From Bacilli bacterium (GTDB taxonomy: Bacteria > Bacillota_I > Bacilli_A > RFN20 > CAG-826), in assembly GCA_024695235.1 (NCBI GenBank), contig JAILIP010000019.1, positions 13,448 to 77,447 on the forward strand: a stretch of 64,000 nucleotides of DNA. Direction: 5' to 3'. The number at the start of each line of letters is the position of its first letter. Positions within the stretch are counted from its first letter, which is position 1. The position numbers were made by a program, and so were the translations under genes. Shown in pieces: positions 39,671 to 50,310 of this stretch. The notes under the pieces were generated by a model. The model worked only from the letters and a program-made list of their open reading frames with translations, was not told where the DNA came from and did no database searches.

Positions 39671-40312
39671 ATGGAAATGAACAAATTAATCGATCACACC
39701 CTTCTTAAACCAGATGCTTCTATTGAAGCAATTAAGAAACTATGTGAAGAAGCACGCGAATATCAATTCGCATCTGTCTGCGTCAACCCATGCTTTGTTC
39801 CGCTTGCCGCTGAAATGCTCAAAGGTAGTGGTGTCAAAGTTTGTACAGTCATCGGTTTCCCTCTTGGAGCAACTCTCCCAGAAGTTAAAAAATACGAAGC
39901 CGAGAAAGCTGTTGAAGCAGGCGCTGAAGAAATCGATATGGTTCTAAATGTCTCAATGGCAAAAGAACACGATTACGATTACATTGAAAAAGAAGTTAAA
40001 CTCGTTAAGGAAGGTTGCCACGGAAGATTACTTAAAGTAATTCTTGAAACTTGCTTACTCACAGACGATGAAATCGTCGAATGCAGTAAAGCCAGTGTTC
40101 GCGGAAACGCTGATTATGTCAAAACATCCACTGGATTCTCAAAAGGTGGAGCAACAGTTCACGCTGTTGAATTAATGAGAAAAGCTGTTGGACCAAACAT
40201 TGGTGTTAAAGCTAGCGGTGGTGTTCATAACCGCGCTGAAGCTGAAGCTATGGTTAAAGCTGGTGCATCACGTATTGGTGCTTCCTGCGGTGTCCAAATC
40301 GTAAAAGAATAA
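39671..40312 (+). CDS. deoC: Deoxyribose-phosphate aldolase
   Basis: IDHTLLKP, Schiff-base Lys in YVKTSTGF, ASGG. Confidence 0.93.
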   Translation: MEMNKLIDHTLLKPDASIEAIKKLCEEAREYQFASVCVNPCFVPLAAEMLKGSGVKVCTVIGFPLGATLPEVKKYEAEKAVEAGAEEIDMVLNVSMAKEHDYDYIEKEVKLVKEGCHGRLLKVILETCLLTDDEIVECSKASVRGNADYVKTSTGFSKGGATVHAVELMRKAVGPNIGVKASGGVHNRAEAEAMVKAGASRIGASCGVQIVKE

Positions 40313-40354
40313 TTTAGTACTTTGTACTATGCGTAAGAAAGGAGATGAGAAATT

Positions 40355-40528
40355 ATGCCAAAAACAGTCGTTCGTGAGAATGAATCATTAGACGAAGCAC
40401 TTCGCCGTTTTAAACGTCAAGTCAACAAGTCAGGCGTTCTCCTTGAGTCACGCAAAAGAGAGTTCTATCTCAAAAAAGGTCTTAAACGCAAACTAAAAAG
40501 CGAAATGGCCAGACGCAAATCTTATTAA
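40355..40528 (+). CDS. rpsU: 30S ribosomal protein S21 (57 aa, absent from the ORF track because it is under 60 aa)
   Basis: My translation: [67 protein letters not shown] at 40338-40344. Confidence 0.93.
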   Translation: MPKTVVRENESLDEALRRFKRQVNKSGVLLESRKREFYLKKGLKRKLKSEMARRKSY

Positions 40529-40543
40529 TAAAAAACAAAAATT

Positions 40544-40571
40544 ATCCTTGACTATGTCAAGGATTTTTTTA
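40544..40571 (+). terminator. Intrinsic terminator after rpsU
   Basis: Stem ATCCTTGAC / GTCAAGGAT with loop TAT, followed by T7. Confidence 0.8.
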
Positions 40572-40627
40572 TGTCTGACACACTTTTGAATTTTTGGACT
40601 AGATAAAGGGTAGGAGGTGTTTTGAAA

Positions 40628-41797
40628 ATGAAATACTTTTGTTACCAGAGCAATGATCATGATTGCGGCTTTGCGGCCTTGAAGATGATGTTGGCTACAC
40701 TTAATCATTGCCGAAGTTATCTCTATCTTCCCAAAAATGAGAAAAGATCATATTTCAGTTTTACTGACTTAAAAGATATCGCTAGTAAGTACGGGCTAAC
40801 ATTAAAGGCATATCACTATCAAGTCAAAGAAGTGAATGAACTAAAGCCTTGTCTAGCGGTAATCTATGGGCAACACCTTGTTTACATCAAAGATGTATCT
40901 CATGGAGTATATACGATATATGACCCTGCCCAAGGTATCTACAAGATGAAAGCATCCAAGTTTGACGAAATATGGACGGGCGATACTTTAGAAATCGATT
41001 CATATGTAAAAACAGAGTATAAGACAAAAAGGAATTACATTATCCCAATGCGATTCTTTATTGTATCTGCTTTGATATCGGTATTAGCGGTGGTGTCACT
41101 TGCCATTGGATTTTTCTTTGTCAAAAACGATTCTTACATCTTTCTTCCAATTATCTTCATCGCATTGTTCTCAATATGTGAGTTAGTAGAAAATTGGTAT
41201 TTAATCAAATCAATAAATTGGTTTGATAAGAAATATGTGCCATTAATCTTTGAAAACAAAAACGAAAACGCCATGGATACATATAAGGACTACATCAACT
41301 TCAAAAAAGACTACTTTTCTTTCGGTCGTAAATTCTTCTCGGCGATGCTAACATCATCTTTTGTTTTGGTCATTCTAATTCTTAATGATCCAATAAATTC
41401 GATTATGCTCATTGGCATTGTCTTATTGCTCATTTTGGAAAGATTGCTCTTCAAAAGAAGAGATACTGAATTCATGGACAACTTATCGCATAACGAGCAA
41501 CTACTGATCACTAATTCGAACGCCAATCTCGTTGAAGATATCTTGATGATAAGCCACTCATCCGGTGGTTATGTTTTGAATTTATCTGTGAGAAAATGTA
41601 TTAATACATTTATTATCATTGTTTTGAGCTTTACCATGATGATGATTTCCCAAACTGTCAGCGTCAATTACATCATCTTCCATTTTGCCGCATATTATCT
41701 TTTCTATTCCAACATCGATATTGTTTTAACAATGGGTGAGAATAAAAAGCAGTACGACATGTCGAAAGCTAGATTCCTAGATACGTGTAATTTATAG
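40628..41797 (+). CDS. C39 (bacteriocin-processing) cysteine peptidase domain fused to a 6-TM ABC-exporter-type membrane domain, with no ATPase domain
   Basis: YQSNDHDCGFAALKMML (Gln, Cys), GQHLVYI (His), IYDPAQG (Asp), FDEIWTGDTLEI, then about 6 hydrophobic helices. The ORF stops where an NBD would begin. RBS GGAGG at 40613-40617. Confidence 0.85.
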   Translation: MKYFCYQSNDHDCGFAALKMMLATLNHCRSYLYLPKNEKRSYFSFTDLKDIASKYGLTLKAYHYQVKEVNELKPCLAVIYGQHLVYIKDVSHGVYTIYDPAQGIYKMKASKFDEIWTGDTLEIDSYVKTEYKTKRNYIIPMRFFIVSALISVLAVVSLAIGFFFVKNDSYIFLPIIFIALFSICELVENWYLIKSINWFDKKYVPLIFENKNENAMDTYKDYINFKKDYFSFGRKFFSAMLTSSFVLVILILNDPINSIMLIGIVLLLILERLLFKRRDTEFMDNLSHNEQLLITNSNANLVEDILMISHSSGGYVLNLSVRKCINTFIIIVLSFTMMMISQTVSVNYIIFHFAAYYLFYSNIDIVLTMGENKKQYDMSKARFLDTCNL

Positions 41798-41837
41798 CAA
41801 ACTTTTAAAAACCGTGATATAATAAGCCCCCAAAGAT

Positions 41838-42293
41838 ATGGAACTAGATTTTATCAATCAAGGACCTACATCATATGATGTATATGAAGACAAATTCCGT
41901 GAATTAATGGAAAAAGTGTTTTCTCATCTCAATGTGAAAGAAGATTACATTGTTGATGTAAGCATCATTGATAATAAGGCTATCCATGAAGTGAATCGTT
42001 CGTATCGCGGCATTGATCGCCCAACGGACGTCATAAGCTTTGCTTTCTTTGACGACAAAGAGGAAAAAGCTACTCCAGGGGTTCCATCATCTTTAGGTCA
42101 AATCTTAATCTCATATGAGAAAGCCGAAGAACAAGCAAAAGAATATGGCCATTCTCTAAATAGAGAAATGTCATTCTTGTTCGTTCATGGAATGCTTCAC
42201 CTTCTCGGCTACGATCATATGACTGAAAAAGACGAAAAAATCATGTTTTCTCTTCAAGAAGAGATATTAGGAGGAAGAACAAATGAACGCTAA
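41838..42293 (+). CDS. ybeY: rRNA maturation endoribonuclease YbeY
   Basis: HGMLHLLGYDH zinc motif. Extended -10 TGaTATAAT at 41815-41823. Confidence 0.93.
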   Translation: MELDFINQGPTSYDVYEDKFRELMEKVFSHLNVKEDYIVDVSIIDNKAIHEVNRSYRGIDRPTDVISFAFFDDKEEKATPGVPSSLGQILISYEKAEEQAKEYGHSLNREMSFLFVHGMLHLLGYDHMTEKDEKIMFSLQEEILGGRTNER

Positions 42294-42684
42294 GGAATTA
42301 GTTAAAAAAGCAGAAGAAGCCCGTAAGTTATCCTACTCACCTTATTCTCATTTTGCTGTTGGAGCAGTTATCCTTTGCAAGGATGGTCAATTGTTCCAAG
42401 GTGCGAATATTGAAAACTCTGCTTACCCACTTTGTATGTGTGCAGAAAGAAACGCTCTTTACAATGCTTACATGCATGGAAAACGCAAAGAAGATATCGT
42501 TGCATTAGCCTTAACTGCTGATACAGATGGTCCATGTGCTCCTTGTGGAGCATGTCGCCAAGTCATCTCTGAATTGATGCCTAAAGATGCCAAGATTTAT
42601 ATGGGCAACCTAAAAGGTGATATTCAAGAGACAAGCATTTCCGAATTGCTTCCATTTGCCTTCTCCGAGGATGATTTGAAATAA
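42283..42684 (+). CDS. cdd: Cytidine deaminase
   Basis: CAERNA and PCGACRQ zinc ligands. Confidence 0.93.
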   Translation: MNAKELVKKAEEARKLSYSPYSHFAVGAVILCKDGQLFQGANIENSAYPLCMCAERNALYNAYMHGKRKEDIVALALTADTDGPCAPCGACRQVISELMPKDAKIYMGNLKGDIQETSISELLPFAFSEDDLK

Positions 42685-42686
42685 CA

Positions 42687-43559
42687 ATGAAATCTGGATT
42701 TGTTGCAATAGTTGGTAGACCTAATGCTGGTAAGTCAACTATTATCAATGCTCTTTTAGAAAGAGACATCTCAATTGTCACCGAAAAAGCTCAGACAACT
42801 AGAAATGTCATCAAAGGCATCTATGATGATGGTGAATATCAGATTGTTTTCGTAGATACTCCGGGTATCCATAAAGCGAGACATTCCTTAGGAAAGATAA
42901 TGAACCAAGGAGCCTTAGATTCCTCCAAAGGCGTTGATGTCATTATTTTAGTGGTGGATGGATCTCGTAAATTTGATGAAGGTGACCAATTCATTGCTAA
43001 CTCACTTCCAAACAATGTTCCAATGATCGTGGTAATCAATAAAATTGATTTAATCCGCTTACCACAAGCTGTTGAAATCAAAAAGGTTTATCACGAGAAA
43101 TATCCACACGCTGAAATCCTTGAGATGAGTGCGATTGAAAACTTCAACATTGATGAACTTCTTAACAAAGTTAAAACATTTATGCCTGAAGGACCTCGCT
43201 ATTATCCAGAGGATGCTATCAGCGATAAAGACGCAGCCTTCTATGTTTCAGAAATTGTTAGAGAGAAGTTGCTCCTTTCCTTAAAGGAAGAAGTCCCTCA
43301 TGAACTAGCAGTCCGCGTTGATGAAATAACTCACAAGAAAAACGAAGTATATATCAAGGCTACTATTCTAGTAGACAAAGAATCTCACAAGGGAATTGTC
43401 ATCGGTAAAGGTGGCAAGAAGATCAAATCCATTGGCATCAAGGCCAGAGCCACTCTTGAAGAGTACTTCAATAAGCACATATTCTTAGAACTATTCGTTT
43501 CAGTCAAAGAAGACTGGATCAATAACCCAAGAATTCTAAAAGAATTAGGATACAAATAA
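42687..43559 (+). CDS. era: GTPase Era
   Basis: GRPNAGKST, DTPG, NKID, C-terminal KH domain (VIGKGGKKIK). Confidence 0.96.
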   Translation: MKSGFVAIVGRPNAGKSTIINALLERDISIVTEKAQTTRNVIKGIYDDGEYQIVFVDTPGIHKARHSLGKIMNQGALDSSKGVDVIILVVDGSRKFDEGDQFIANSLPNNVPMIVVINKIDLIRLPQAVEIKKVYHEKYPHAEILEMSAIENFNIDELLNKVKTFMPEGPRYYPEDAISDKDAAFYVSEIVREKLLLSLKEEVPHELAVRVDEITHKKNEVYIKATILVDKESHKGIVIGKGGKKIKSIGIKARATLEEYFNKHIFLELFVSVKEDWINNPRILKELGYK

Positions 43560-44278
43560 TGATTGAATTTGAAGGGATTGTAACTAGACTAACCCCTTTT
43601 CGCGATAATGATGCGATGGTAAATGTAATCTCTAGCGATAAGATGCATTCTTTTCTTGCTAGGGGTGTCATGAAATATGAAAGCAAAAACGCTCCAAGCG
43701 TTGGATTATATACTAGGGGTAGATATTCTCTTTCCAAAGGAAAAGATGGCTTTTCACTTAGGAATGGTGAGCTTTTAGACAGCTACCAAAACATCAAAAC
43801 CAACTTGGACTCTTTATCAATCCTAGACTTTATCGGAGAGCTAACTAATAAGTTAGTCCAAAACGAAGACACTCCAAAAGTGTATCCGAATCTAGTAAGA
43901 TGCCTTGAACTTTTAAATAAGGGTTTTGATCCATTTACCATTGGTTTAATATATTTCGCCCACATTTTAAATGTAATCGGCTACGGACTAGAGGTTGATA
44001 AATGCGTTATAAGCGGTGAAACAAGTCAAATCGTCGCTGTTTCTTATGTTGATGGGGGATTTATCACCCAAAACTGTTTTGACCCTTTAAAACACGTTAA
44101 GTGTACATCGCGCAAGTTAAAGATAATCCGCTATGCGTTCAAAGTGGACATGGATTCATATGACAAAGTAGCGTTTGAAAAAGATGAAAGTAGGGAAATC
44201 ATCTTAGAATTAGCCCAGTTCATCTATGATGCTCTGCAAATAGAGCTTAAATCACTCAAATTAATCAAAAAAATATAA
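43559..44278 (+). CDS. recO: DNA repair protein RecO
   Basis: Position after era. N-terminal OB-fold style sequence EGIVTRLTPFRDNDAMVNV. Confidence 0.85.
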   Translation: MIEFEGIVTRLTPFRDNDAMVNVISSDKMHSFLARGVMKYESKNAPSVGLYTRGRYSLSKGKDGFSLRNGELLDSYQNIKTNLDSLSILDFIGELTNKLVQNEDTPKVYPNLVRCLELLNKGFDPFTIGLIYFAHILNVIGYGLEVDKCVISGETSQIVAVSYVDGGFITQNCFDPLKHVKCTSRKLKIIRYAFKVDMDSYDKVAFEKDESREIILELAQFIYDALQIELKSLKLIKKI

Positions 44279-44295
44279 AGTTCACTTAAAATAGG

Positions 44296-44324
44296 TTGAC
44301 AAGATATAACGATACTAGCATAAT
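44296..44324 (+). promoter_or_regulatory. glyQS promoter (TTGACA-17-CATAAT)
   Basis: TTGACA at 44296-44301 and CATAAT at 44319-44324. The 76-bp leader has no room for a T-box. Confidence 0.55.
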
Positions 44325-44354
44325 AGTGTCATATTTTTTCGAGGTATATGTAAT

Positions 44355-45722
44355 ATGGAAAAGAAATTCGATGAAATTGTTACCCATCTTATATCCAGTG
44401 GTTTTGTTTATCAAGACTCTGAGATCTATGGTGGTTTATCTAACTCTTGGGATTTTGGTCCTTTAGGAGTTGAATTAAAAAACAACATCAAAAAGTTGTG
44501 GTGGAAGAAGTTCGTTCAAGAATCTCCAACTAATGTTGGAATTGATGCAGCTATCCTCATGAACCCAGGTGTTTGGAAAGCGACTGGTCACGTTGCAACA
44601 TTTGCTGACCCTCTCATTGACTGCAAAGAATGTCATTCCCGTCATAGAGCGGATAATCTCATTGAGAAGACTCATCCAGAAGCAGATGTTAACGGCATGA
44701 CCAACGAACAAATGATCCAATTTATCAAAGATAATAAGGTCAAATGCCCTGTATGTGGTAAGTCAAACTTCACAGATATTAGACAATTCAATTTGATGTT
44801 CAGAACTCATATTGGTGTCACTGAAGAAAGTGAAAGCTTGGTCTATTTAAGACCAGAGACTGCTCAAGGCATGTTTGTTAACTTTAAGAATGTTCAAAGA
44901 ACATCACGTCGCAAAATCCCATTTGGTATTTGTAACATCGGCAAGAGCTTCCGTAATGAAATTACACCGGGTAACTTTATTTTCCGTGTGCGTGAATTCG
45001 AACAAATGGAAATGGAGTTCTTCTGCAAACCAAATACTGACTTAGAGTGGTTTGACTATTGGAAAAACTACTCACTCAAGTTCCTTGAGTCATTAGGAAT
45101 TGGCGAAGAAAACCTTCGTTACCGTGATCACGAGAAAGAAGAACTTGCTTTCTACTCTAAAGCTACAACAGACGTCGAATACAAGTTCCCATTTGGTTGG
45201 GGTGAAATCCTCGGCGTAGCCGATAGAACCGATTATGACCTAAAACGTCACATGGATTGCAGTGGTCAATCACTCGAATATCTCGATCCAGAAACAAACG
45301 AAAAATATGTTCCATATTGTATTGAACCTTCCATGGGTGTTGAACGTATCTTCCTCATGATTGTATGCGAAGCATATGATGTTGAACAACTCGAAAAGGA
45401 AAGCCGCATTGTCATGCACATCAAGCCAAGTCTTGCTCCATACAAAGCAGCCATTCTTCCTTTAAGCAAACAGCTCAATGAAAAAGCAAAAGAAGTCTTG
45501 GGTATGCTTAACAAGCATATGTCAGTCACATATGATGAGACAGCTTCCATTGGTAAACGTTATCGTCGTCAAGACGCTATCGGAACACCATTCTGTATAA
45601 CAGTGGACTTCGAAAGCCTTGAAGATAATTGCGTTACAATCCGTGAAAGAGATTCGATGCAACAAGTCAGACTTCCAATTAGTGAAGTTAGAAACTATCT
45701 TTTAGATAAAATTGAAGAATAG
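44355..45722 (+). CDS. glyQS: Glycine--tRNA ligase (homodimeric class II, GlyQS)
   Basis: [25 protein letters not shown] (motif 2), GVERI (motif 3), anticodon-binding C-terminus. Confidence 0.96.
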   Translation: MEKKFDEIVTHLISSGFVYQDSEIYGGLSNSWDFGPLGVELKNNIKKLWWKKFVQESPTNVGIDAAILMNPGVWKATGHVATFADPLIDCKECHSRHRADNLIEKTHPEADVNGMTNEQMIQFIKDNKVKCPVCGKSNFTDIRQFNLMFRTHIGVTEESESLVYLRPETAQGMFVNFKNVQRTSRRKIPFGICNIGKSFRNEITPGNFIFRVREFEQMEMEFFCKPNTDLEWFDYWKNYSLKFLESLGIGEENLRYRDHEKEELAFYSKATTDVEYKFPFGWGEILGVADRTDYDLKRHMDCSGQSLEYLDPETNEKYVPYCIEPSMGVERIFLMIVCEAYDVEQLEKESRIVMHIKPSLAPYKAAILPLSKQLNEKAKEVLGMLNKHMSVTYDETASIGKRYRRQDAIGTPFCITVDFESLEDNCVTIRERDSMQQVRLPISEVRNYLLDKIEE

Positions 45723-45755
45723 TATTAAATTAGTAGATTTATAGTAGGAAATAGC

Positions 45756-47573
45756 ATGGTATTTGATCACGATTTACTACAAGAAATTAAGAGTCGCGCC
45801 GATATAGTCGACGTTATTTCCTCATATATTAATGTCATTAAGAAGGGACGCCGCTATGCGGCTGTATGTCCATTCCACGATGATCACAATCCTTCGATGG
45901 ACATCAATAAAGAGAAGCAAACATATCATTGTTATGTTTGTCATCATGGTGGTGATGTTTTCTCCTTTGTTGCTGACTATGAAAAGATTTCATTTGCAGA
46001 TGCGGTGAAGCGTGTTTGCGAAATCATCAATTTTGACGATCCTCGTTTACATCAACACGAAGTTGTTAAACCAGTGGATGTTAGCATCCAAACACTCTAT
46101 AACTGTATTAGCGAACTTCAAAAATTCTATGAATATGGTCTTCAAACTGAAGAAGGCACAATCGCTAGAGACTACCTTAAGAAGAGACAGCTATCAGATG
46201 AACAAAGTTCAAAGTTCTCTTTAGGATACTCTCTCAATGACGGAAAGCTCGCTATTGCCTATCTTCAAAAGAAGGGCTTCTCTTTAAAGAATATCGAAGA
46301 TATTGGTATTGCTCTTGCTCGTACATCTGGTACAGCAGACTCTAATGCTGGAAGACTAATCTTCCCTATTAAAGATGCCAATGGACAAGTCGTCGCCTTC
46401 TCCGCGCGTAAACTTACAAGTGGAGATGATGCACCTAAGTATGTGAACTCTCCGACAACTAAGATTTTTAAGAAAGAAGCAACCTTATATAATTACCACA
46501 TTGCAAAGCAATCTGCTAAACATGATGGCTATTTATATGTCTTAGAAGGCTTTATGGATGTGTTCGCTTTAGACACAATTGGTATCTCATCCGCAGTTGC
46601 CATCATGGGAACAAAGCTTACTGAACAACATGTCAACATGATTAAACGTCTAAATGTTGAAGTTAGACTTTGTCTAGATGGTGATAAGCCAGGGCAAGAA
46701 GCAATGATGGGAATCATGGCTACACTTGATAAGGCTGGAATATCATATCGCCTTGTATGTAAACCTGGTGAACTTCGTGATCCAGATGAAATCTTGAAGC
46801 AAGATGGTGAAGATAAACTAAAAGTTTATATCAACACATTAGTGGATCCATTCACCTTCGCGATTAACTATTATCAAAACTATGCTCCTTTAGGTTCAAT
46901 GGAGAACCGCAAGAAAGTTATTCAACATTTCGCGCCTGTGCTTGCGAATATAAAGACCAAACTTGAGTTTGATGATTATGTATATAAACTTGCTGAAGTA
47001 ACTGGATTCAACGTCAACGCTATTAAAGACTATGTTGAAGAAGTTCGTAAAACGAAAAAGGATGATGTGAGAGAAGATTTCGAAGCATTCAGTTCTAGAT
47101 ATAACTACGATAGAAGAGAATTTAAAGAAACTCTCACCCGTCTTATGAAAGCAGAAAGAATGATTCTTGCCTGTATGCTCAACAACAAAGAGGCGGTGGA
47201 ATTCTATGAGAAATATATTAAATATTTCACCAACGATACTCACCGTCAATTAGCGAACTACTTAAGTGAGTACTGCGCTAAGTATAATGAACCAAACGCT
47301 TCGATGATAATCACCATGATTTCATCTAATGATGAAGAGAACAATAAACAAAGCCTTATTGATCTACTCACAACAATCATAGATGGAGAATCACCAAGCG
47401 TTGAACAGGAAGAAGAGATCCTTAAGGATTGCTACAAAGTAATTGAAAGTGAAAAAGCCAAAACATTTGAAAAAACAAATGTTATGAAGGCCATTGAAGG
47501 TAAAGATCCGAAAGAACAAGCGCGCCTTCTAAATGACTACATTAAGCGCACTAACGATAAAAGGGCCAAATAA
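45756..47573 (+). CDS. dnaG: DNA primase
   Basis: Zinc finger CPFHDDHNPS...CYVCHHGGD, TOPRIM EGFMDV...DGDKPG. Confidence 0.95.
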   Translation: MVFDHDLLQEIKSRADIVDVISSYINVIKKGRRYAAVCPFHDDHNPSMDINKEKQTYHCYVCHHGGDVFSFVADYEKISFADAVKRVCEIINFDDPRLHQHEVVKPVDVSIQTLYNCISELQKFYEYGLQTEEGTIARDYLKKRQLSDEQSSKFSLGYSLNDGKLAIAYLQKKGFSLKNIEDIGIALARTSGTADSNAGRLIFPIKDANGQVVAFSARKLTSGDDAPKYVNSPTTKIFKKEATLYNYHIAKQSAKHDGYLYVLEGFMDVFALDTIGISSAVAIMGTKLTEQHVNMIKRLNVEVRLCLDGDKPGQEAMMGIMATLDKAGISYRLVCKPGELRDPDEILKQDGEDKLKVYINTLVDPFTFAINYYQNYAPLGSMENRKKVIQHFAPVLANIKTKLEFDDYVYKLAEVTGFNVNAIKDYVEEVRKTKKDDVREDFEAFSSRYNYDRREFKETLTRLMKAERMILACMLNNKEAVEFYEKYIKYFTNDTHRQLANYLSEYCAKYNEPNASMIITMISSNDEENNKQSLIDLLTTIIDGESPSVEQEEEILKDCYKVIESEKAKTFEKTNVMKAIEGKDPKEQARLLNDYIKRTNDKRAK

Positions 47574-47600
47574 GCCCAATTAAATTGGAGGGTAAGGAAT

Positions 47601-48884
47601 ATGCCAGCAAAAGTGAAAAAAGACACCAAGAAGCCTCAAAAAGCTGCTAAAACAAAAAAAGCAAGCAAGGTTAACGATGAACTTGATGGCGAAGAAGAGT
47701 CTAGTAAGGACGAATTCGAAGAAATCAAGGCTCGATTGTTAAAAGAGGCCAATGAAAACGAAAACCAAATCGAACAAGATGTCATCTATGATGAAACATC
47801 CAAGTTTGAACTTGATGATGAAGCAGTTGAAGAATTAATGAAATTCTTCGCTGATAACAAAATCACTGTCTTAGGTAACGAAGATGAAGAAAGCATCGAC
47901 GATTTAGAGTTTTCAGAAGATAGCCTTAAGGGTGGAGATGATGTCTTAGATCTCCCAGGCGATGATGATGAACTTATTTTTGATGACGAAGTTCCTACCG
48001 ACCAAGATTTAAAAGACTTAAGCAAGTTCGTCACTGGTGATGTTAAAGTTAACGACTCAGTTAAGATTTATCTTAAGGAGATTGGTGTGGTCCCTCTATT
48101 GACCGCTCAACAAGAAGCTGAGATCGCTCAAAGAATCGCTCAAGGTGATGAAGATGCCAAGCAAGAACTTATCAACGCTAACCTCAGATTAGTTATTTCT
48201 ATCGCAAAGCGATATGTCGGAAGAGGTATGCCATTCCTTGATTTAATTCAAGAAGGTAATATGGGCTTAATCAAAGCTGTTGAAAAATTCGACTATACCA
48301 AAGGATTTAAGTTTTCAACTTATGCCACATGGTGGATTAGACAAGCTATCACCCGTGCTATCGCAGACCAAGCTCGTACCATTCGTATTCCTGTCCACAT
48401 GGTTGAAACAATCAACAAGATTACTAAAGCTCAAAGACAACTAGTTCAAGAACTAGGAAGAGATCCAACAGCTGAAGAAATATCTGAACGCTTAGGTGGA
48501 CTCCTCTCTGCTGATAGAATTAGAGAAATTCAACGTGTTAACCAAGAACCTGTTTCTTTAGAAACACCTATTGGTGAAGAAGATGATTCACGTCTTGCTG
48601 ACTTCGTTGAAGATAAAGATGCCTTATCACCAAGTGACTACACGACAATGGTGCTTCTTAAACAAGAGCTATACGATGTCATGAAAGAAACACTTAACGA
48701 ACGTGAAGAAAAAGTCTTAAGACTTCGTTATGGTCTTGATGACAATCACCCACGCACACTCGAAGAAGTCGGAAAAGAATTCGGTGTCACTCGTGAACGT
48801 ATTCGTCAAATTGAAGCTAAAGCGATTAAATCGCTTCGTAAGAAAAATAAACTTAAAAGACTCGGAGATTATCGCGAGGTTTAA
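47601..48884 (+). CDS. sigA: Primary RNA polymerase sigma factor (SigA/RpoD)
   Basis: Acidic region 1.1, [19 protein letters not shown], region 4 [20 protein letters not shown]. Confidence 0.97.
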   Translation: MPAKVKKDTKKPQKAAKTKKASKVNDELDGEEESSKDEFEEIKARLLKEANENENQIEQDVIYDETSKFELDDEAVEELMKFFADNKITVLGNEDEESIDDLEFSEDSLKGGDDVLDLPGDDDELIFDDEVPTDQDLKDLSKFVTGDVKVNDSVKIYLKEIGVVPLLTAQQEAEIAQRIAQGDEDAKQELINANLRLVISIAKRYVGRGMPFLDLIQEGNMGLIKAVEKFDYTKGFKFSTYATWWIRQAITRAIADQARTIRIPVHMVETINKITKAQRQLVQELGRDPTAEEISERLGGLLSADRIREIQRVNQEPVSLETPIGEEDDSRLADFVEDKDALSPSDYTTMVLLKQELYDVMKETLNEREEKVLRLRYGLDDNHPRTLEEVGKEFGVTRERIRQIEAKAIKSLRKKNKLKRLGDYREV

Positions 48885-49537
48885 TGATGAATATTTCAGA
48901 AAGACTTTTAGCTATTGCTAATCTTATTCATCCAGGCTCAAACGTCATCGATGTTGGAGCAGACCACGGCTTACTTGAAAAATATTTAATTGAAAGTGGC
49001 AAGGTCGAAAGCATTTTCGCTGTGGAAAACAAGAAAGGTCCTTTTGAAATACTTAAGAATAATCTAAAAGATTATGATGTTAATATTTCACTCAGTGATG
49101 GCCTTGATGAAATGCCACCTGAGACAAATGTCATCGTCTTAGCTGGTATGGGAGGCAATCTCATCCTCGATATCCTTAAAAAGGATGTTAACAAACTTAA
49201 CGGCATCGAACAGATTGTCGTCGATGCTCATAGAGATGCTGAACTAGTGAGAAGAGAAATCATCAAGCTCGGTTATCGCATTGAAAAAGAGAAAATTGTT
49301 GTTGAGAATAAAATATATTATTTTATTATCTCGTTCGTTAAAGGCAAATCTGCCTACAAGGATGTCGAATTAGAATGGGGCTATAACGTCAGCAATGATC
49401 CTCTCTTTAGAGAATTCAAAATGAAAGAGTTACGTAGACTTGTAAATACACTTGCTCACCAAAAGCAAGCCAAGAAGTCTAAACCAGAATGTATTGAACG
49501 CATCCAATCAAAGATTGAAAGGTTAGAAAACTTATGA
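48884..49537 (+). CDS. trmK: tRNA (adenine22-N1)-methyltransferase TrmK
   Basis: VIDVGADHGLL SAM-binding motif. Position after sigA (yqfN equivalent). Confidence 0.88.
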   Translation: MMNISERLLAIANLIHPGSNVIDVGADHGLLEKYLIESGKVESIFAVENKKGPFEILKNNLKDYDVNISLSDGLDEMPPETNVIVLAGMGGNLILDILKKDVNKLNGIEQIVVDAHRDAELVRREIIKLGYRIEKEKIVVENKIYYFIISFVKGKSAYKDVELEWGYNVSNDPLFREFKMKELRRLVNTLAHQKQAKKSKPECIERIQSKIERLENL

Positions 49538-50310
49538 ATACTGTCAAACTATTAAGAAACCTTGCAAAAAGATTCCCAAAATCAATCCGTACTCCTGGAG
49601 ACTATGTAGGTTTAATGACCGGTAAACTCCCAGAGGAAGTTCATACCATTCTTCTATGTTTAGATTTTGATGACATCGTTTACGATGAAATCTTAAAAAT
49701 GAAGAAAAAACCAGACATGATTCTCACCCATCATCCATTCATATATGGCACACGTTATAGAGTGCTTAAACATAGTGAGATCAAACGTGACTTGGTTGAG
49801 AGAATCGATAAGATGGGTATTCCTGTTTACAGCATGCATACGAACTTCGATACTGGCAAAGGCGGAATGAATGATGCCTTAGCAGAAGCTCTTGGTTTAG
49901 AAAACATTAGACCTCTTGAAACCATTTCAATGGCTAGAGGTGGTGAATTGCCAAAGGCAATGGAAATCCATGAGTTCGCAAAATACGCAACTCAAAGACT
50001 TAATCTTGATTACTCGCATCTTGTTCATGGTGGAAAAGATAAAGTTAAAAGCGTTGCTATTATCGGTGGCGGCGGTTCATACAAGTATGTGAACGCGATG
50101 CTAGAAGGATATGATATTTATATCAGTGGTGATGCACCTCATCATATTCGTAGAGACGTTATTGCTGCTAAATATAACTTCCTAGATGTCTCTCACGAAG
50201 TGGAAAAGATCTTCATGCCTCAAATGGCCAAATTATTAAAAGAGATCGACCCTAGCTTAGAGACGATCATCATTGATCACGAGAAATTACCAGAATTAAT
50301 TACAAAGTAA
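49534..50310 (+). CDS. Nif3-family dinuclear metal-centre protein (YqfO-like)
   Basis: THHPFIY, HTNFD, GDAPHH. Confidence 0.9.
   Translation: MNTVKLLRNLAKRFPKSIRTPGDYVGLMTGKLPEEVHTILLCLDFDDIVYDEILKMKKKPDMILTHHPFIYGTRYRVLKHSEIKRDLVERIDKMGIPVYSMHTNFDTGKGGMNDALAEALGLENIRPLETISMARGGELPKAMEIHEFAKYATQRLNLDYSHLVHGGKDKVKSVAIIGGGGSYKYVNAMLEGYDIYISGDAPHHIRRDVIAAKYNFLDVSHEVEKIFMPQMAKLLKEIDPSLETIIIDHEKLPELITK

Noticed and set aside
44279-44354. T-box leader upstream of glyQS (common in Firmicutes).
   Set aside because: The intergenic region is only 76 bp. It contains a TTGACA-17-CATAAT promoter and an SD, but no AGAGA box, no GGTGGTACCGCG T-box sequence and no terminator.
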